NCBI GenBank assembly: GCA_963739295.1
Contig: CAVTZS010000008.1
Location: 41,348 to 105,347, forward strand
DNA: 64,000 nt
Direction of reading: 5' to 3'
From: an uncultured delta proteobacterium
Lineage (GTDB): Bacteria > Desulfobacterota > Desulfobaccia > Desulfobaccales > 0-14-0-80-60-11
The stretch's first letter is position 1. Each line of letters opens with the position of its first letter. The notes under the pieces are model-generated. The model was not told the DNA's origin. It ran no database searches and saw only the letters and a program-made list of their open reading frames with translations. A program made the position numbers and the translations under genes. Below are positions 53,819 to 62,876 of this stretch, piece after piece.

Positions 53819-54781
53819 TTAAATTATTCCCCCTTCCCGCTTGTAGCGGCGGTGCTCCCACAGGTCCATAATCCCCCGCACCAGACCCCGGGGGAGAAAG
53901 ATCATCACCACCATGAGAATGGCCCCGAAGATGACCACCTCATAGTCATGGAATAAGGTTAACAGCTCCGGCAGCACCGTCAGCACTGCGGCCCCCAGCA
54001 GAGAGCCCCAGATGCTGGCCATGCCCCCCAACACTACCATGGTCACCAGTTTGATGGAAAACATAAAGCCGAAGGACGAAGGGGCGATGAAATTAAGGGT
54101 ATGGGCATAGAGACTGCCGGCCAGGGAGGCGTAGAGGGCGCTCCAGACAAAGATCAGGAGTTTCAACCGGGCGGTGTCCACCGCCAGGGATTGGGCCGCG
54201 GCTTCGCTATCGTGCAAGGCCCGCAGGGCCCTGCCGGTCCGGGAATCCACCAGGTTGGCGCTGAGGGCCAGGATCACCCCCACCACCGGCCAGATCAAGA
54301 GGTAAAGACGCCTGGGGGTGTTTAGCGACCAGGCGCCCAGGGCCAGAGAGGGAATGCCCACCAGACCGGAGGGGCCGCCGGTTAAGGGGGTGGCCTCATT
54401 CAGGATGATGTAGACGATGATGCCGAAGCCCAGGGTGGCCATGGCCAGATAATAACCCCGAAGCTTCAAGGCCGGCACCCCGATGAGAAAGGCCGCGCCC
54501 CCGGAGACCACCAGCCCGGCCAGCAGGGCCAGCCAGGGGTTGACGCCGTAGGTGGCGGTGAGGATGCCCGAGGAGTAGGCCCCCAGGCCGAAAAAAGCGG
54601 CGTGGCCTAAAGAGATCTGTCCGGCATAGCCCATGAGCAGATTGAGGCCCACCACCAGCAGGGTGTGGATGCCCACAAAGTTAATCAGGGTGTAATAGTA
54701 GGCATTATTTAGCCCGGAGGCCACCACCAGGAGGGCCAGGGCGAACAGGGTCCAGCGATTGAGGAATCTTAAGAGGCTCAT
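53819..54781 (-). CDS. livM: branched-chain amino acid ABC transporter permease
   Basis: 320 aa, polytopic, LivM-like. Confidence 0.9.
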   Translation of the reverse strand: MSLLRFLNRWTLFALALLVVASGLNNAYYYTLINFVGIHTLLVVGLNLLMGYAGQISLGHAAFFGLGAYSSGILTATYGVNPWLALLAGLVVSGGAAFLIGVPALKLRGYYLAMATLGFGIIVYIILNEATPLTGGPSGLVGIPSLALGAWSLNTPRRLYLLIWPVVGVILALSANLVDSRTGRALRALHDSEAAAQSLAVDTARLKLLIFVWSALYASLAGSLYAHTLNFIAPSSFGFMFSIKLVTMVVLGGMASIWGSLLGAAVLTVLPELLTLFHDYEVVIFGAILMVVMIFLPRGLVRGIMDLWEHRRYKREGGII

Positions 54782-55647
54782 TTCTGGCCCCCCACCAATC
54801 CCTGGGGGCGCAAGAACAGGACTAACAGGAGGAGGAAGAAGGCCACCGCGTCCCGGTAACCGGAGGAGATGAGGCCAGAGGCCAGGGCTTCCGCCACCCC
54901 CAGCAGGAGACCTCCCAGGACGCCGCCCCCGAGACTTCCCAGGCCGCCGATGATGGCGGCGGAGAAGCCCTTGAGCCCCAGCATGGTGCCCATGTCATAG
55001 ACTCCCAGGGTGAGGGGAGCGATGAGAATGCCCGCCCCGGCCCCAAGAGCGGCGCTGAGACCGAAGGAGAGCTGCACCATGCGGCCCGCGCTGATCCCCG
55101 CCAGGCGGGCGGCCCGGGTATTGTAGGCGCAGGCCCGCATGGCCTTGCCCGCCAGGGTGAGGCGGAAAAAGGCTTCCAGGGCCAACACCAGGAGCCCGGT
55201 GAGGCCCAGGACCCAAAGATTTTGGGGTAAAATCGTGGCCGGCCCCAGGTGTAGGGGGACGCTGCCGGAAAAGGCCGGCAGGGGGTAGGCCTCCTTGCCC
55301 CACAGCAAGGAGGCGGCTCCTTTAAGAAAGACGGCCCCGCCCACGGTGATGATAATCAAGGTGATGGGATTGGGGTCCTTGACCGGGCGCAGGGCCAGCC
55401 GTTCAAAGGCGAGGCCCACCAGGGTCACCAGCCCCACCCCGCCCAGGAAGGCCAGGGGCAAAGAGGCCTGCCAGTGATAAATGCTGATGGCGCATAAAGC
55501 CCCCAGCATCACCATTTCGCCCTGGGCAAAATTGATGATGGTGGTGGCGTTGTAGATGATTCCAAAACCCAGGGCGATAAGGGCGTAGATGGCGCCGTTG
55601 GTCAGGCCGGAGATGAGATACTGCAGCAGGGGGGCAAAAATTTCCAA
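54778..55647 (-). CDS. livH: branched-chain amino acid ABC transporter permease
   Basis: 289 aa, TTG start, LivH-like (NGAIYALIALGF...NFAQGE). Confidence 0.9.
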   Translation of the reverse strand: MEIFAPLLQYLISGLTNGAIYALIALGFGIIYNATTIINFAQGEMVMLGALCAISIYHWQASLPLAFLGGVGLVTLVGLAFERLALRPVKDPNPITLIIITVGGAVFLKGAASLLWGKEAYPLPAFSGSVPLHLGPATILPQNLWVLGLTGLLVLALEAFFRLTLAGKAMRACAYNTRAARLAGISAGRMVQLSFGLSAALGAGAGILIAPLTLGVYDMGTMLGLKGFSAAIIGGLGSLGGGVLGGLLLGVAEALASGLISSGYRDAVAFFLLLLVLFLRPQGLVGGQK

Positions 55648-55668
55648 AGAGGGCGAGAAGCCTCCGAA

Positions 55669-55783
55669 TGGTCAGTGGTCAGTAATCAGTAATCCGTGGT
55701 CAGTAGTCAGTAGGGAGTAGTCAGTAATCAATTACTTGGTCCTGGGGGCAGGTCAAAAACTGATCTCTGACTACTGACAACTG
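55669..55783. repeat. heptamer-array hairpin element in the livK-livH spacer
   Basis: Left: GGTCAGT GGTCAGT AATCAGT AATCCGT GGTCAGT AGTCAGT AGGGAGT AGTCAGT AATCA. Right: CTGATCTCTGACTACTGACAACTG. GTCAGTAGTCAG and CTGACTACTGAC are perfectly complementary. Confidence 0.85.
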
Positions 55784-55792
55784 TCTCCTATA

Positions 55793-56950
55793 TTAATCCA
55801 GTAGTTGGAAAGTCCCTTTTTCGATCTTCACCATGACAAAGGCAGCCGGGGTGAGGCCGTTATGGTCTTCAGGGCTCATATTGAAGATGCCGCTGATGCC
55901 CACGAAATTTTTGGTGTTTTCCAGTTCGTTCCGGATCTTTTCCTGGTCCTTGCCGGATTTCTCCAGGGCCAGGACCAACATCTTGAAGGCGTCGTAAGCA
56001 TAAGCCCCGAAGCTGGACTCGGGAGCTTTGAATTTGGCTCGATATTTTTCGGCATACTCCCGACATACGGCCTTTTGTGGATCAGAGTCGGGCAACAGTC
56101 CATAGACCACCAGCTTGCCCGCGGGCATGATAATGCCTTCGCCCGCTTCTCCGGCCAGCTCGATAAATTTCTGGGACGCCGCCCCGTGGCTCTGGATAAG
56201 CGGCAGCTTGAGCCCCAATTGTTTCATATTCTTGGCCACCAGGGCCGGGGCCGGGCCGGTGCCCCAACAGATTACCGCCAGGGCCGGGGTCCCCCGGATC
56301 TTGGTGAGCTGGGGAGTCATGTCCGTGTCCTTCTCTCCGAAGACCTCCTGAGCCACTACCTCGATGCCGTATTGCGGGGCCAGGGCCAGGAGTTGCTCTT
56401 TGCCCGAGACCCCGAAGCCGGTAGACACGGTGAGGATCGCCACCTTGAGCAGTCCGTGTTTTTTGGCGAATTGATAGATGCGGCTCACCGCCATCTGATC
56501 GGTCTGGGCCGTTTTAAAGACCCAACGGCGCTCCTGGGCCGGGGCCGTGATGCCAATGCCCGCGGCGCAAGAAACCAAGGGCACCTTGGACTTTTGCGTC
56601 AGGTCCAACACGGTCATGGAGGTATGGGTCAGGCTGGGGCCGATAATGGCCAGCACCTTGTCCTTCTGCAGGAGCTTTTCCGCATGGAGGCGGGCCTTGG
56701 TGACATCTCCCTCATCGTCGTAAATGACCAGCTTTACGGGATGGCCCTTGAGGCCCCCTTTACTGTTGATGTCTTCCGCCACCATCTCCATGGTATTGCG
56801 TTCCGGCTCCCCCAGGTAAGAGGCCGGCCCGGTGATGGAGAAGATGCCGCCGATGGCGTAAGGCTCTGCCTCCCGAGAGGGTCCGCAGCCAACCCAAGCC
56901 AGTCCTGTTAGGGCCAGGATTAATAATACGGCAATGGTCTTTCCTTTCAT
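55793..56950 (-). CDS. livK: ABC transporter substrate-binding protein (Leu/Ile/Val-binding family, lipoprotein)
   Basis: 385 aa, with signal/lipobox LTGLAWVGC and a type I PBP pattern. Confidence 0.9.
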   Translation of the reverse strand: MKGKTIAVLLILALTGLAWVGCGPSREAEPYAIGGIFSITGPASYLGEPERNTMEMVAEDINSKGGLKGHPVKLVIYDDEGDVTKARLHAEKLLQKDKVLAIIGPSLTHTSMTVLDLTQKSKVPLVSCAAGIGITAPAQERRWVFKTAQTDQMAVSRIYQFAKKHGLLKVAILTVSTGFGVSGKEQLLALAPQYGIEVVAQEVFGEKDTDMTPQLTKIRGTPALAVICWGTGPAPALVAKNMKQLGLKLPLIQSHGAASQKFIELAGEAGEGIIMPAGKLVVYGLLPDSDPQKAVCREYAEKYRAKFKAPESSFGAYAYDAFKMLVLALEKSGKDQEKIRNELENTKNFVGISGIFNMSPEDHNGLTPAAFVMVKIEKGTFQLLD

Positions 56951-56969
56951 GACTTTCTCCTCCCCGGGC

Positions 56970-57413
56970 TTACAGCCGGTAAACTTCTTCGCCCCGATAA
57001 ATATGAATGCCTTCCTTTTGCAGGAGGGCGATGGCCTCTTCCAGGTTGTCGAACCGGAAGATGATCACTGCGTTCTTACCGCTGTGCTGCACAAAGGCGT
57101 ACATGTATTCCACATTGATTTGGGCCTGGGCCAGGACCCGGAGCACCCGGGCCAGGCCGCCGGGAACGTCCGGCACCTCCACGGCCACCACTTCGGTCTT
57201 GCCGACGGTAAAACCCTTCTCTTTCAAGACTTGCCGGGCCCGATCGTATTGGTCCACGATGAGGCGCAGGATGCCAAAGTCAGTGGTATCGGCCAGGGAC
57301 AGGGCCCGGATGTTAATGCCCGCCTCCCCCAGGACCCGGGTAACTTCCGCCAGACGGCCCGCCTTATTTTCTAAAAATACCGAAATCTGTTCGACTTTCA
57401 TCTCGTTACTCAT
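56970..57413 (-). CDS. ACT domain-containing protein
   Basis: 147 aa with two ACT-like repeats ([19 protein letters not shown]...; [17 protein letters not shown]...). It is the usual partner of PaaK-type ligases in such clusters. Confidence 0.8.
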   Translation of the reverse strand: MSNEMKVEQISVFLENKAGRLAEVTRVLGEAGINIRALSLADTTDFGILRLIVDQYDRARQVLKEKGFTVGKTEVVAVEVPDVPGGLARVLRVLAQAQINVEYMYAFVQHSGKNAVIIFRFDNLEEAIALLQKEGIHIYRGEEVYRL

Positions 57414-57470
57414 AAACCCTTTCTCTCCCCATCAAAGTCCGCAATGCACGTTGATTCAGGTTTAAGAAAC

Positions 57471-57577
57471 CTCCCCCTCCCCACGGCGGGAGGGGGTGGG
57501 GGGAGGGGGAATAAATTCTTGTTGAGCGGAGAACTTTGCCACCCCCACCCTGACCCTCCCCCATCCAGGGGGAGGGA
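57471..57577. repeat. G/C-tract hairpins (CCTCCCCCTCCCC...GGGAGGGGGTGGGGGGAGGGGG; CCCTCCCCC-ATCCA-GGGGGAGGG)
   Basis: Read directly. Confidence 0.7.
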
Positions 57578-57655
57578 AATATTGCCTGATTAAAATTCAG
57601 TATGTTAGCTAAGATATGAAGCGACAATCAATTCTTTCATCATTTGTAGGCTTTA

Positions 57656-58339
57656 TCATGCTCTCATATCTGGGTATGCTTGTTCAATATCCCAAAGAAG
57701 GCGTATCGGGTCGCCAGGCGACAGCAAGCCCAAACCTTTTTCATCTTTGAATAAAGGGGAGTTTTGCAAGGCGCGCTCGATTCGAAAATGTCCCCATTCT
57801 GCAAGCCTCTTTGGTTCATTATCTCTAAAAGTGAAGAGACCGCAATGAGCCGCCGAATTTCTACAATGCCTAAGGAATTCCCAGAGCGGTCCCTTATCAT
57901 GCCATGGTTTATATTTGCTGATCTCGTGCGCCAAGATTAGCAAGCTTCCTCCGGAAAGCAAGGTGAATCGGATTAGGTAGGACGCATTATTCATTAAGTC
58001 GTTCGCGATGTCGTCAACTTCCACCTTAATGTGGTTGCCCTTGAACTCTGACTTAAGCTCAAGCGGCCCTAAGATTTTAGATAAAACGTCAATGATCTCG
58101 GTAAGCTGTTGCTCAACCTCCATCATATCCTTTTCTGAAGCAGATGGTCTTTTCAAAACAGCGCTAGTGAGTGCAGTTAAATGGAGACCTGCATTTGCGC
58201 CAGAAAATTTGTTTAGCTCCTTAATGACTCCCCGCCCTGCAAGGTCTTTAAATCCAATGAGTAGGACCAAGTAATTCATTATCAAAGGGTAGAAAGGCTT
58301 ACTTCTGTCAAAATTATTGATGGGGACGGAAGCACTCAT
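57656..58339 (-). CDS. hypothetical protein with an RNSAAH (Rx4H, HEPN-like) motif
   Basis: 227-aa ORF. AAGGAG lies 5 nt upstream of the ATG. GC is lower than the neighbours by eye. The motif is WEFLRHCRNSAAHCGLFTF. No other recognisable domain. Confidence 0.5.
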   Translation of the reverse strand: MSASVPINNFDRSKPFYPLIMNYLVLLIGFKDLAGRGVIKELNKFSGANAGLHLTALTSAVLKRPSASEKDMMEVEQQLTEIIDVLSKILGPLELKSEFKGNHIKVEVDDIANDLMNNASYLIRFTLLSGGSLLILAHEISKYKPWHDKGPLWEFLRHCRNSAAHCGLFTFRDNEPKRLAEWGHFRIERALQNSPLFKDEKGLGLLSPGDPIRLLWDIEQAYPDMRA

Positions 58340-58440
58340 CGCTTCTCCTTACCCGCATAACATTATGCGCCCTCGGCTTTTTCTGCAGGCGAGAGCGCCT
58401 GCTCCACATCTATGTTTGGCTTCCCGTCTCCAGATAATCC

Positions 58441-59742
58441 TTAAAGCTGGCGCTTGTCAATAACCCGCTTGGCCTTACCTTCACTGCGGGGGATGCTCCG
58501 GGGCTCCACCAGCTTCACCTTGACGGAGACGGTCAAATAATCCTTGATCTGCTTCTGGATATTCTGGGCCAGGGTTTGCAACTGCTTGACTTCATCGGAA
58601 AACGTCTCTTCGTCCACCTCCACCTGAACCTCCAGGGTATCCAGTTGCCCCTCCCGGTCCACAATGAGCTGGTAGTGGGGGGCCACTCCCGGGGTCTCCA
58701 TGAGGATGGTCTCAATCTGGGAGGGAAAGACATTCACCCCGCGGATGATGAGCATATCGTCGGACCGGCCCATGAGGCGGTGCATCCTGAGGAGGGTGCG
58801 GCCACAGCGGCAGGGGGCATAATTGAAGGAGGTGATATCCCGGGTGCGGTAGCGCAACAGAGGTATGGCCTCCTTGGTGAGGGTGGTGAGCACCAGCTCA
58901 CCCATCTCTCCGGGAGGCACCGGCTCCAGGGTAACCGGATCGATGGCCTCGGGCAGGAAGTGATCTTCGAACAGGTGCAGGCCTTGCTTGGCTTCGATAC
59001 ATTCCACGCTCACCCCGGGGCCGATGATCTCCGAGAGTCCGTAAATATCCACGGCATCCAGGTTAAGGCGGTTTTCGATTTCGTTCCGCATGGCCTCGGT
59101 CCAGGGCTCGGCCCCGAAGATGCCCACCCGCAGCTTGAGGTTCTTAAACTCCACCCCCATCTCCTGGCCCACCTCCGCCAGATATAAGGCAAAGGAGGGG
59201 GTGCAGACCAGGACCGTGGGGCCGAAGTCCTGGAGGAGCATGATCTGGCGCCGGGTCTGACCCCCGGAGACCGGGATTACCGCCGCGCCTAACCTCTCCG
59301 CCCCGTAATGGAAGCCCAGGCCGCCGGTAAAGAGACCGTAGCCGTAGGCGTTGTGCACGATATCGCCCCGTTGGGTGCCGGCCGCGGCCAGGGTGCGGGC
59401 CATCAACTCCGCCCAGGTGTCCAGGTCCCGCTGGGTATAGGCCACCGGGGTGGACTTCCCCGTGGTCCCGGAGGAGGCGTGAATCCGCACCACCTGATCC
59501 ATGGGCACGCCAAACATGTCAAAGGGGTAATTATCCCGCAGGTCCTGCTTGGTGGTAAAGGGCAACAGGTTCAGGTCCTGCAGGGAGCGGATATGCTCCG
59601 GCTTCAGCCCCAGTTCATCCAGGCGGCGGCGATAGAAGGGCACCAGATGATAGACCCGCTCCACCACCGTTTGCAGCCGCTTGAGCTGCAGCGCCTCCAG
59701 GTTCTCCCGGGGCATGGTTTCATGCTCAACATCGCGGATCAT
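58441..59742 (-). CDS. paaK: phenylacetate--CoA ligase
   Basis: 433 aa. [32 protein letters not shown], and a C-terminal AMP-binding subdomain. Confidence 0.9.
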   Translation of the reverse strand: MIRDVEHETMPRENLEALQLKRLQTVVERVYHLVPFYRRRLDELGLKPEHIRSLQDLNLLPFTTKQDLRDNYPFDMFGVPMDQVVRIHASSGTTGKSTPVAYTQRDLDTWAELMARTLAAAGTQRGDIVHNAYGYGLFTGGLGFHYGAERLGAAVIPVSGGQTRRQIMLLQDFGPTVLVCTPSFALYLAEVGQEMGVEFKNLKLRVGIFGAEPWTEAMRNEIENRLNLDAVDIYGLSEIIGPGVSVECIEAKQGLHLFEDHFLPEAIDPVTLEPVPPGEMGELVLTTLTKEAIPLLRYRTRDITSFNYAPCRCGRTLLRMHRLMGRSDDMLIIRGVNVFPSQIETILMETPGVAPHYQLIVDREGQLDTLEVQVEVDEETFSDEVKQLQTLAQNIQKQIKDYLTVSVKVKLVEPRSIPRSEGKAKRVIDKRQL

Positions 59743-59817
59743 GAACTAGATTGTACCTCCCTGAAGGACATTGAAGAAAATTATCACAAATTCACGTCCG
59801 GGGTCAATGGGAAAGGG

Positions 59818-59976
59818 GGTTTTCTGTTTTCTGTTTCTTGTTTTCTGTGGGGGATTCAGATATTGGCCCGGCTGCCTGGCATCGGCGATGCCTGGTTCCC
59901 TGAGCCTCTTCTATAACCGTTATGCCTATTTCTTTTCCAAACAGAAAACAGAAAACAGAAAACGAAAACAGAAAAC
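59818..59976. repeat. large hairpin: (GTTTTCT)n arm, a loop of about 87 nt, (AGAAAAC)n arm
   Basis: Left: GGTTTTCTGTTTTCTGTTTCTTGTTTTCTGTGG (59818-59850). Right: CCAAACAGAAAACAGAAAACAGAAAACGAAAACAGAAAACC (59937-59976). Confidence 0.85.
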
Positions 59977-59978
59977 CA

Positions 59979-60878
59979 TCACTGCAGCCACTGGCGGGGG
60001 AGCCGGAGCATTTTGCTCCGCCCCGATTGGTACAGGACCTCCAGCAAGGAGGCGGCTTGCAGGCGGGTGATGACCTCCTGGCAGTGGCCTTGATCAAGGC
60101 GGCCCTGCCATTCCTCTTCCCAAAAAGACTCGCCGCCGGTGGCGATGAGCCAGTCGCCCACCGGCGCGGCCAGATTGCCAGGTAAATCGGCCAGGGCCAG
60201 TTCCACCTGGGACCGCAAAACCTCAGCCCGAACCCGGAGAAAGCTCGGGGCCAGGCAGTAGCGCGCCGCGGACGAGCGCCCCTGGTTATGGCCCAACAGA
60301 CCCGCGTCCGCCAGTTTTTGCAGATATTCCCAAGCAGTCTTGCGGTCAATATGGAAGAACTGCTGGAGATCTTTAAGGCGGAACCAGCCTCCCTGGGTCA
60401 GTCTCAGGAAATTGTGCAGCCCGGGCCCATCCAGTTTACCATGCCGCCGCCGGGGCAGCAGGTCTTGATGGTGCCGGAGCCAAGCATCCAGCACATCTTC
60501 CCGCAGCGCCAGAGAAGCAGGGGGGTTAGGTCCAGGGGGCCCAAGCGTTTCCTTCTTTAAGCTCTGCGGGTCCAGGGGATCAGGCCTGGTGGGGGAGATT
60601 AACACGGGATAATAGAAGGCGAACCAATGGTCCAGGCGGCGGGCCAGTAGGCGGAAGCGGTCCAAGGTAACCCGGCCGGCCAGTTGGGATACCAGGCTCT
60701 CTTGCAAGCGGGTCTTGATCAGGCGCCGACGCACCTGGGGGTCTTCCGGCAATCCTGGGGTGTCCAGGATCACTTCCACCATCAGGCCGGCCACCAGGGC
60801 GCGGTCCAACTTCTCTTCTGGCGGCCCTGGCCGCATCTGACCGAAGGGTCCGGCCAAGGCCTTATCGGCCCATTCCAT
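59979..60878 (-). CDS. hypothetical protein with a probable winged-helix segment
   Basis: 299-aa ORF with native GC. The wHTH-like stretch is FRLKDLQQFFHIDRKTAWEYLQKLADAGLL. No catalytic motif. Confidence 0.55.
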   Translation of the reverse strand: MEWADKALAGPFGQMRPGPPEEKLDRALVAGLMVEVILDTPGLPEDPQVRRRLIKTRLQESLVSQLAGRVTLDRFRLLARRLDHWFAFYYPVLISPTRPDPLDPQSLKKETLGPPGPNPPASLALREDVLDAWLRHHQDLLPRRRHGKLDGPGLHNFLRLTQGGWFRLKDLQQFFHIDRKTAWEYLQKLADAGLLGHNQGRSSAARYCLAPSFLRVRAEVLRSQVELALADLPGNLAAPVGDWLIATGGESFWEEEWQGRLDQGHCQEVITRLQAASLLEVLYQSGRSKMLRLPRQWLQ

Positions 60879-61073
60879 GGCACTCGTCCGGAAGAGGAGA
60901 GGGGCCTCCTTTCCCTTCGTCCTCTTTCAATCCGACTGAAGTCAGACACTGGCCTTGCAAAATCCTGGCCAGGGGCGAGGGGCCAGGGAAGGGGTTAATA
61001 TTCCTGGAGAAAATTGCCTTAGCCTAGCATTGCCACCTGGCCCCGTCTCGGGACCTGTCCCAGGCCGGCCACA

Positions 61074-61682
61074 TCAGTCCCAGGGTTTGTCGCGGTAAAG
61101 GGTTTCGTGGCAAACGGGGCAGGTGAGAGCCATACCTTCTCCCGCCAGAGCGGAGATGATGGCCCGGCAGAAGGCCGGCAGGTCTTCCGGTTTCCGGGAG
61201 GTGATGATGTTGCCATCCACGGCCACTTCCACATCCACGAACTGGGCCCCCGCGTGAACCAGATCATCCTTGATGGCAAAAAAGGCGGTAACGGTTTTGC
61301 CCTGGATTACTTCGGCTGAAGCCAACATCCAGCCCCCGTGGCAGATGGAGGCCACTACCTTGTCTTGCAGGGCCATGTCCCGCACCAGAGACACCATGTC
61401 CGGATAGCGGCGCATGTGGTCCGGGGCATAACCTCCCGGGATGACCACGGCATCGAACTGGTCCGCCTTCACTTCGGAGGCGAACTTATCCACCACCACG
61501 GGTATCCCATACTTGCCGGTGTGCTCCTTGGCGCTGCCGGAGCCCACCACTACCACTTCGGCCCCGGCCTCCAGGAACCTGAAGTAGGGATACCACAGTT
61601 CAAGTTCGTTGTAGAGATTCTCTGCCAGGATGGCAATACGCTTCCCTTTAAGGCGCAAACCCAACTGCATAGGCATAGCCAA
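61074..61682 (-). CDS. DJ-1/PfpI family protein (type 1 glutamine amidotransferase-like)
   Basis: Nucleophile elbow ASICHGGWML plus the typical PfpI pattern. There is a short Cys-containing C-terminal tail, CPVCHETLY. Confidence 0.85.
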   Translation of the reverse strand: MAMPMQLGLRLKGKRIAILAENLYNELELWYPYFRFLEAGAEVVVVGSGSAKEHTGKYGIPVVVDKFASEVKADQFDAVVIPGGYAPDHMRRYPDMVSLVRDMALQDKVVASICHGGWMLASAEVIQGKTVTAFFAIKDDLVHAGAQFVDVEVAVDGNIITSRKPEDLPAFCRAIISALAGEGMALTCPVCHETLYRDKPWD

Positions 61683-61926
61683 GCCTCCCTTGGATTTTTT
61701 GACGGCCGCTTAGGCCCTGGATGGGGAGGGTAAAGGGCGCTGGCACCCTCAACCTAACCTCCCGGTAATATCGAATTAAGCCTTTCGGCCTTTAAGATAA
61801 GGGCCGGCCCCGCTTCCCGCAAGGTGGAGGATAAGAAATAGCCATCCAGGTGGATAGGAAAATCTGGAGGAAAACTAGCCTTTCTGGACCTGCCCCGGAG
61901 GCAGGGGCTCCTGTCCCGGGGCGGCT

Positions 61927-62811
61927 TTAGGCTAACATGAACCTGGGTTCGGCGGCCTCGGCCGCCGGTCTTCTTACCGACACCTTGCCGCTGGGCCAGC
62001 GCCAGTAGGGCCGTTGCTTCCTAAAGGGCTGTTTCAGCAGGGGCCATAAGCGGTTGTCCTCCGGAAGCAAATAGCCCGGCACCCCGATAATGACCTCAGC
62101 CTGCTTCACATTAAGGCGCAGGCTGCGGTTCAGCCGGTCCCACCAGCTGAATATGATCGAATAATTGGCATTGGTCTCGTAACCGATGACGGAATGGTGA
62201 ATGCCGTGCATGCGCGGGGTGACGATGATTTTGTTAAGCAACCGTTCCAATTTTATGGGCAGGCGGAGGTTACTGTGGTGAAAGATGGTCTCCAGGTTGA
62301 AGGCCAGCTCGTAAATTAGATAAGTAAAGGGCGCGACGCCCACCAAGCCCACCTGGAATATTCTAAACCCCGTGGAATAGAGCACCTCCCCCAGATGGAA
62401 GCGGAAGGAAGTGGACACGTCCATATCCGGATCCACATGATGAACGTTGTGAAATCTCCAGAGCAGGGGAGTGGTGTGATTGAGCCGGTGCCAGTAATAA
62501 AAGGTGAGGTCCATCCAGAGAAATCCCAGGACAAATTGGGCCCCGAAAGGCAGGTCTACCAGATGCAAAAGCCCGAAAGCCCGGCTTTGGGTCCAAACCG
62601 CAATCCCCAGGGCCACGGGCCTGACTACCAACCAGCCGGCCAGGAAAGCCAGGGCGGTGAGGGAAATATTGACCCCCAGGCGCGGGCCCCGGCGGCGCTT
62701 AAGGCGGCGCAGCGGCCGGAGGGCTTCCGCCCCAAATAGGAGGAAAAAAGAGGCGACGAGCAGCCCAGGGGCAAATTTCTCGTACCCGAAGATATGGACT
62801 AGATTGACCAT
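61927..62811 (-). CDS. sterol desaturase / fatty acid hydroxylase family protein
   Basis: Membrane protein with histidine boxes HRLNH, HNVHH and HGIHH. Confidence 0.85.
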   Translation of the reverse strand: MVNLVHIFGYEKFAPGLLVASFFLLFGAEALRPLRRLKRRRGPRLGVNISLTALAFLAGWLVVRPVALGIAVWTQSRAFGLLHLVDLPFGAQFVLGFLWMDLTFYYWHRLNHTTPLLWRFHNVHHVDPDMDVSTSFRFHLGEVLYSTGFRIFQVGLVGVAPFTYLIYELAFNLETIFHHSNLRLPIKLERLLNKIIVTPRMHGIHHSVIGYETNANYSIIFSWWDRLNRSLRLNVKQAEVIIGVPGYLLPEDNRLWPLLKQPFRKQRPYWRWPSGKVSVRRPAAEAAEPRFMLA

Positions 62812-62876
62812 TTAATTTGCTTGCCCCGGTATCTGAATCCAAAAAGCTAATGCAGACACGGGGGCAAAAAAGGTTG

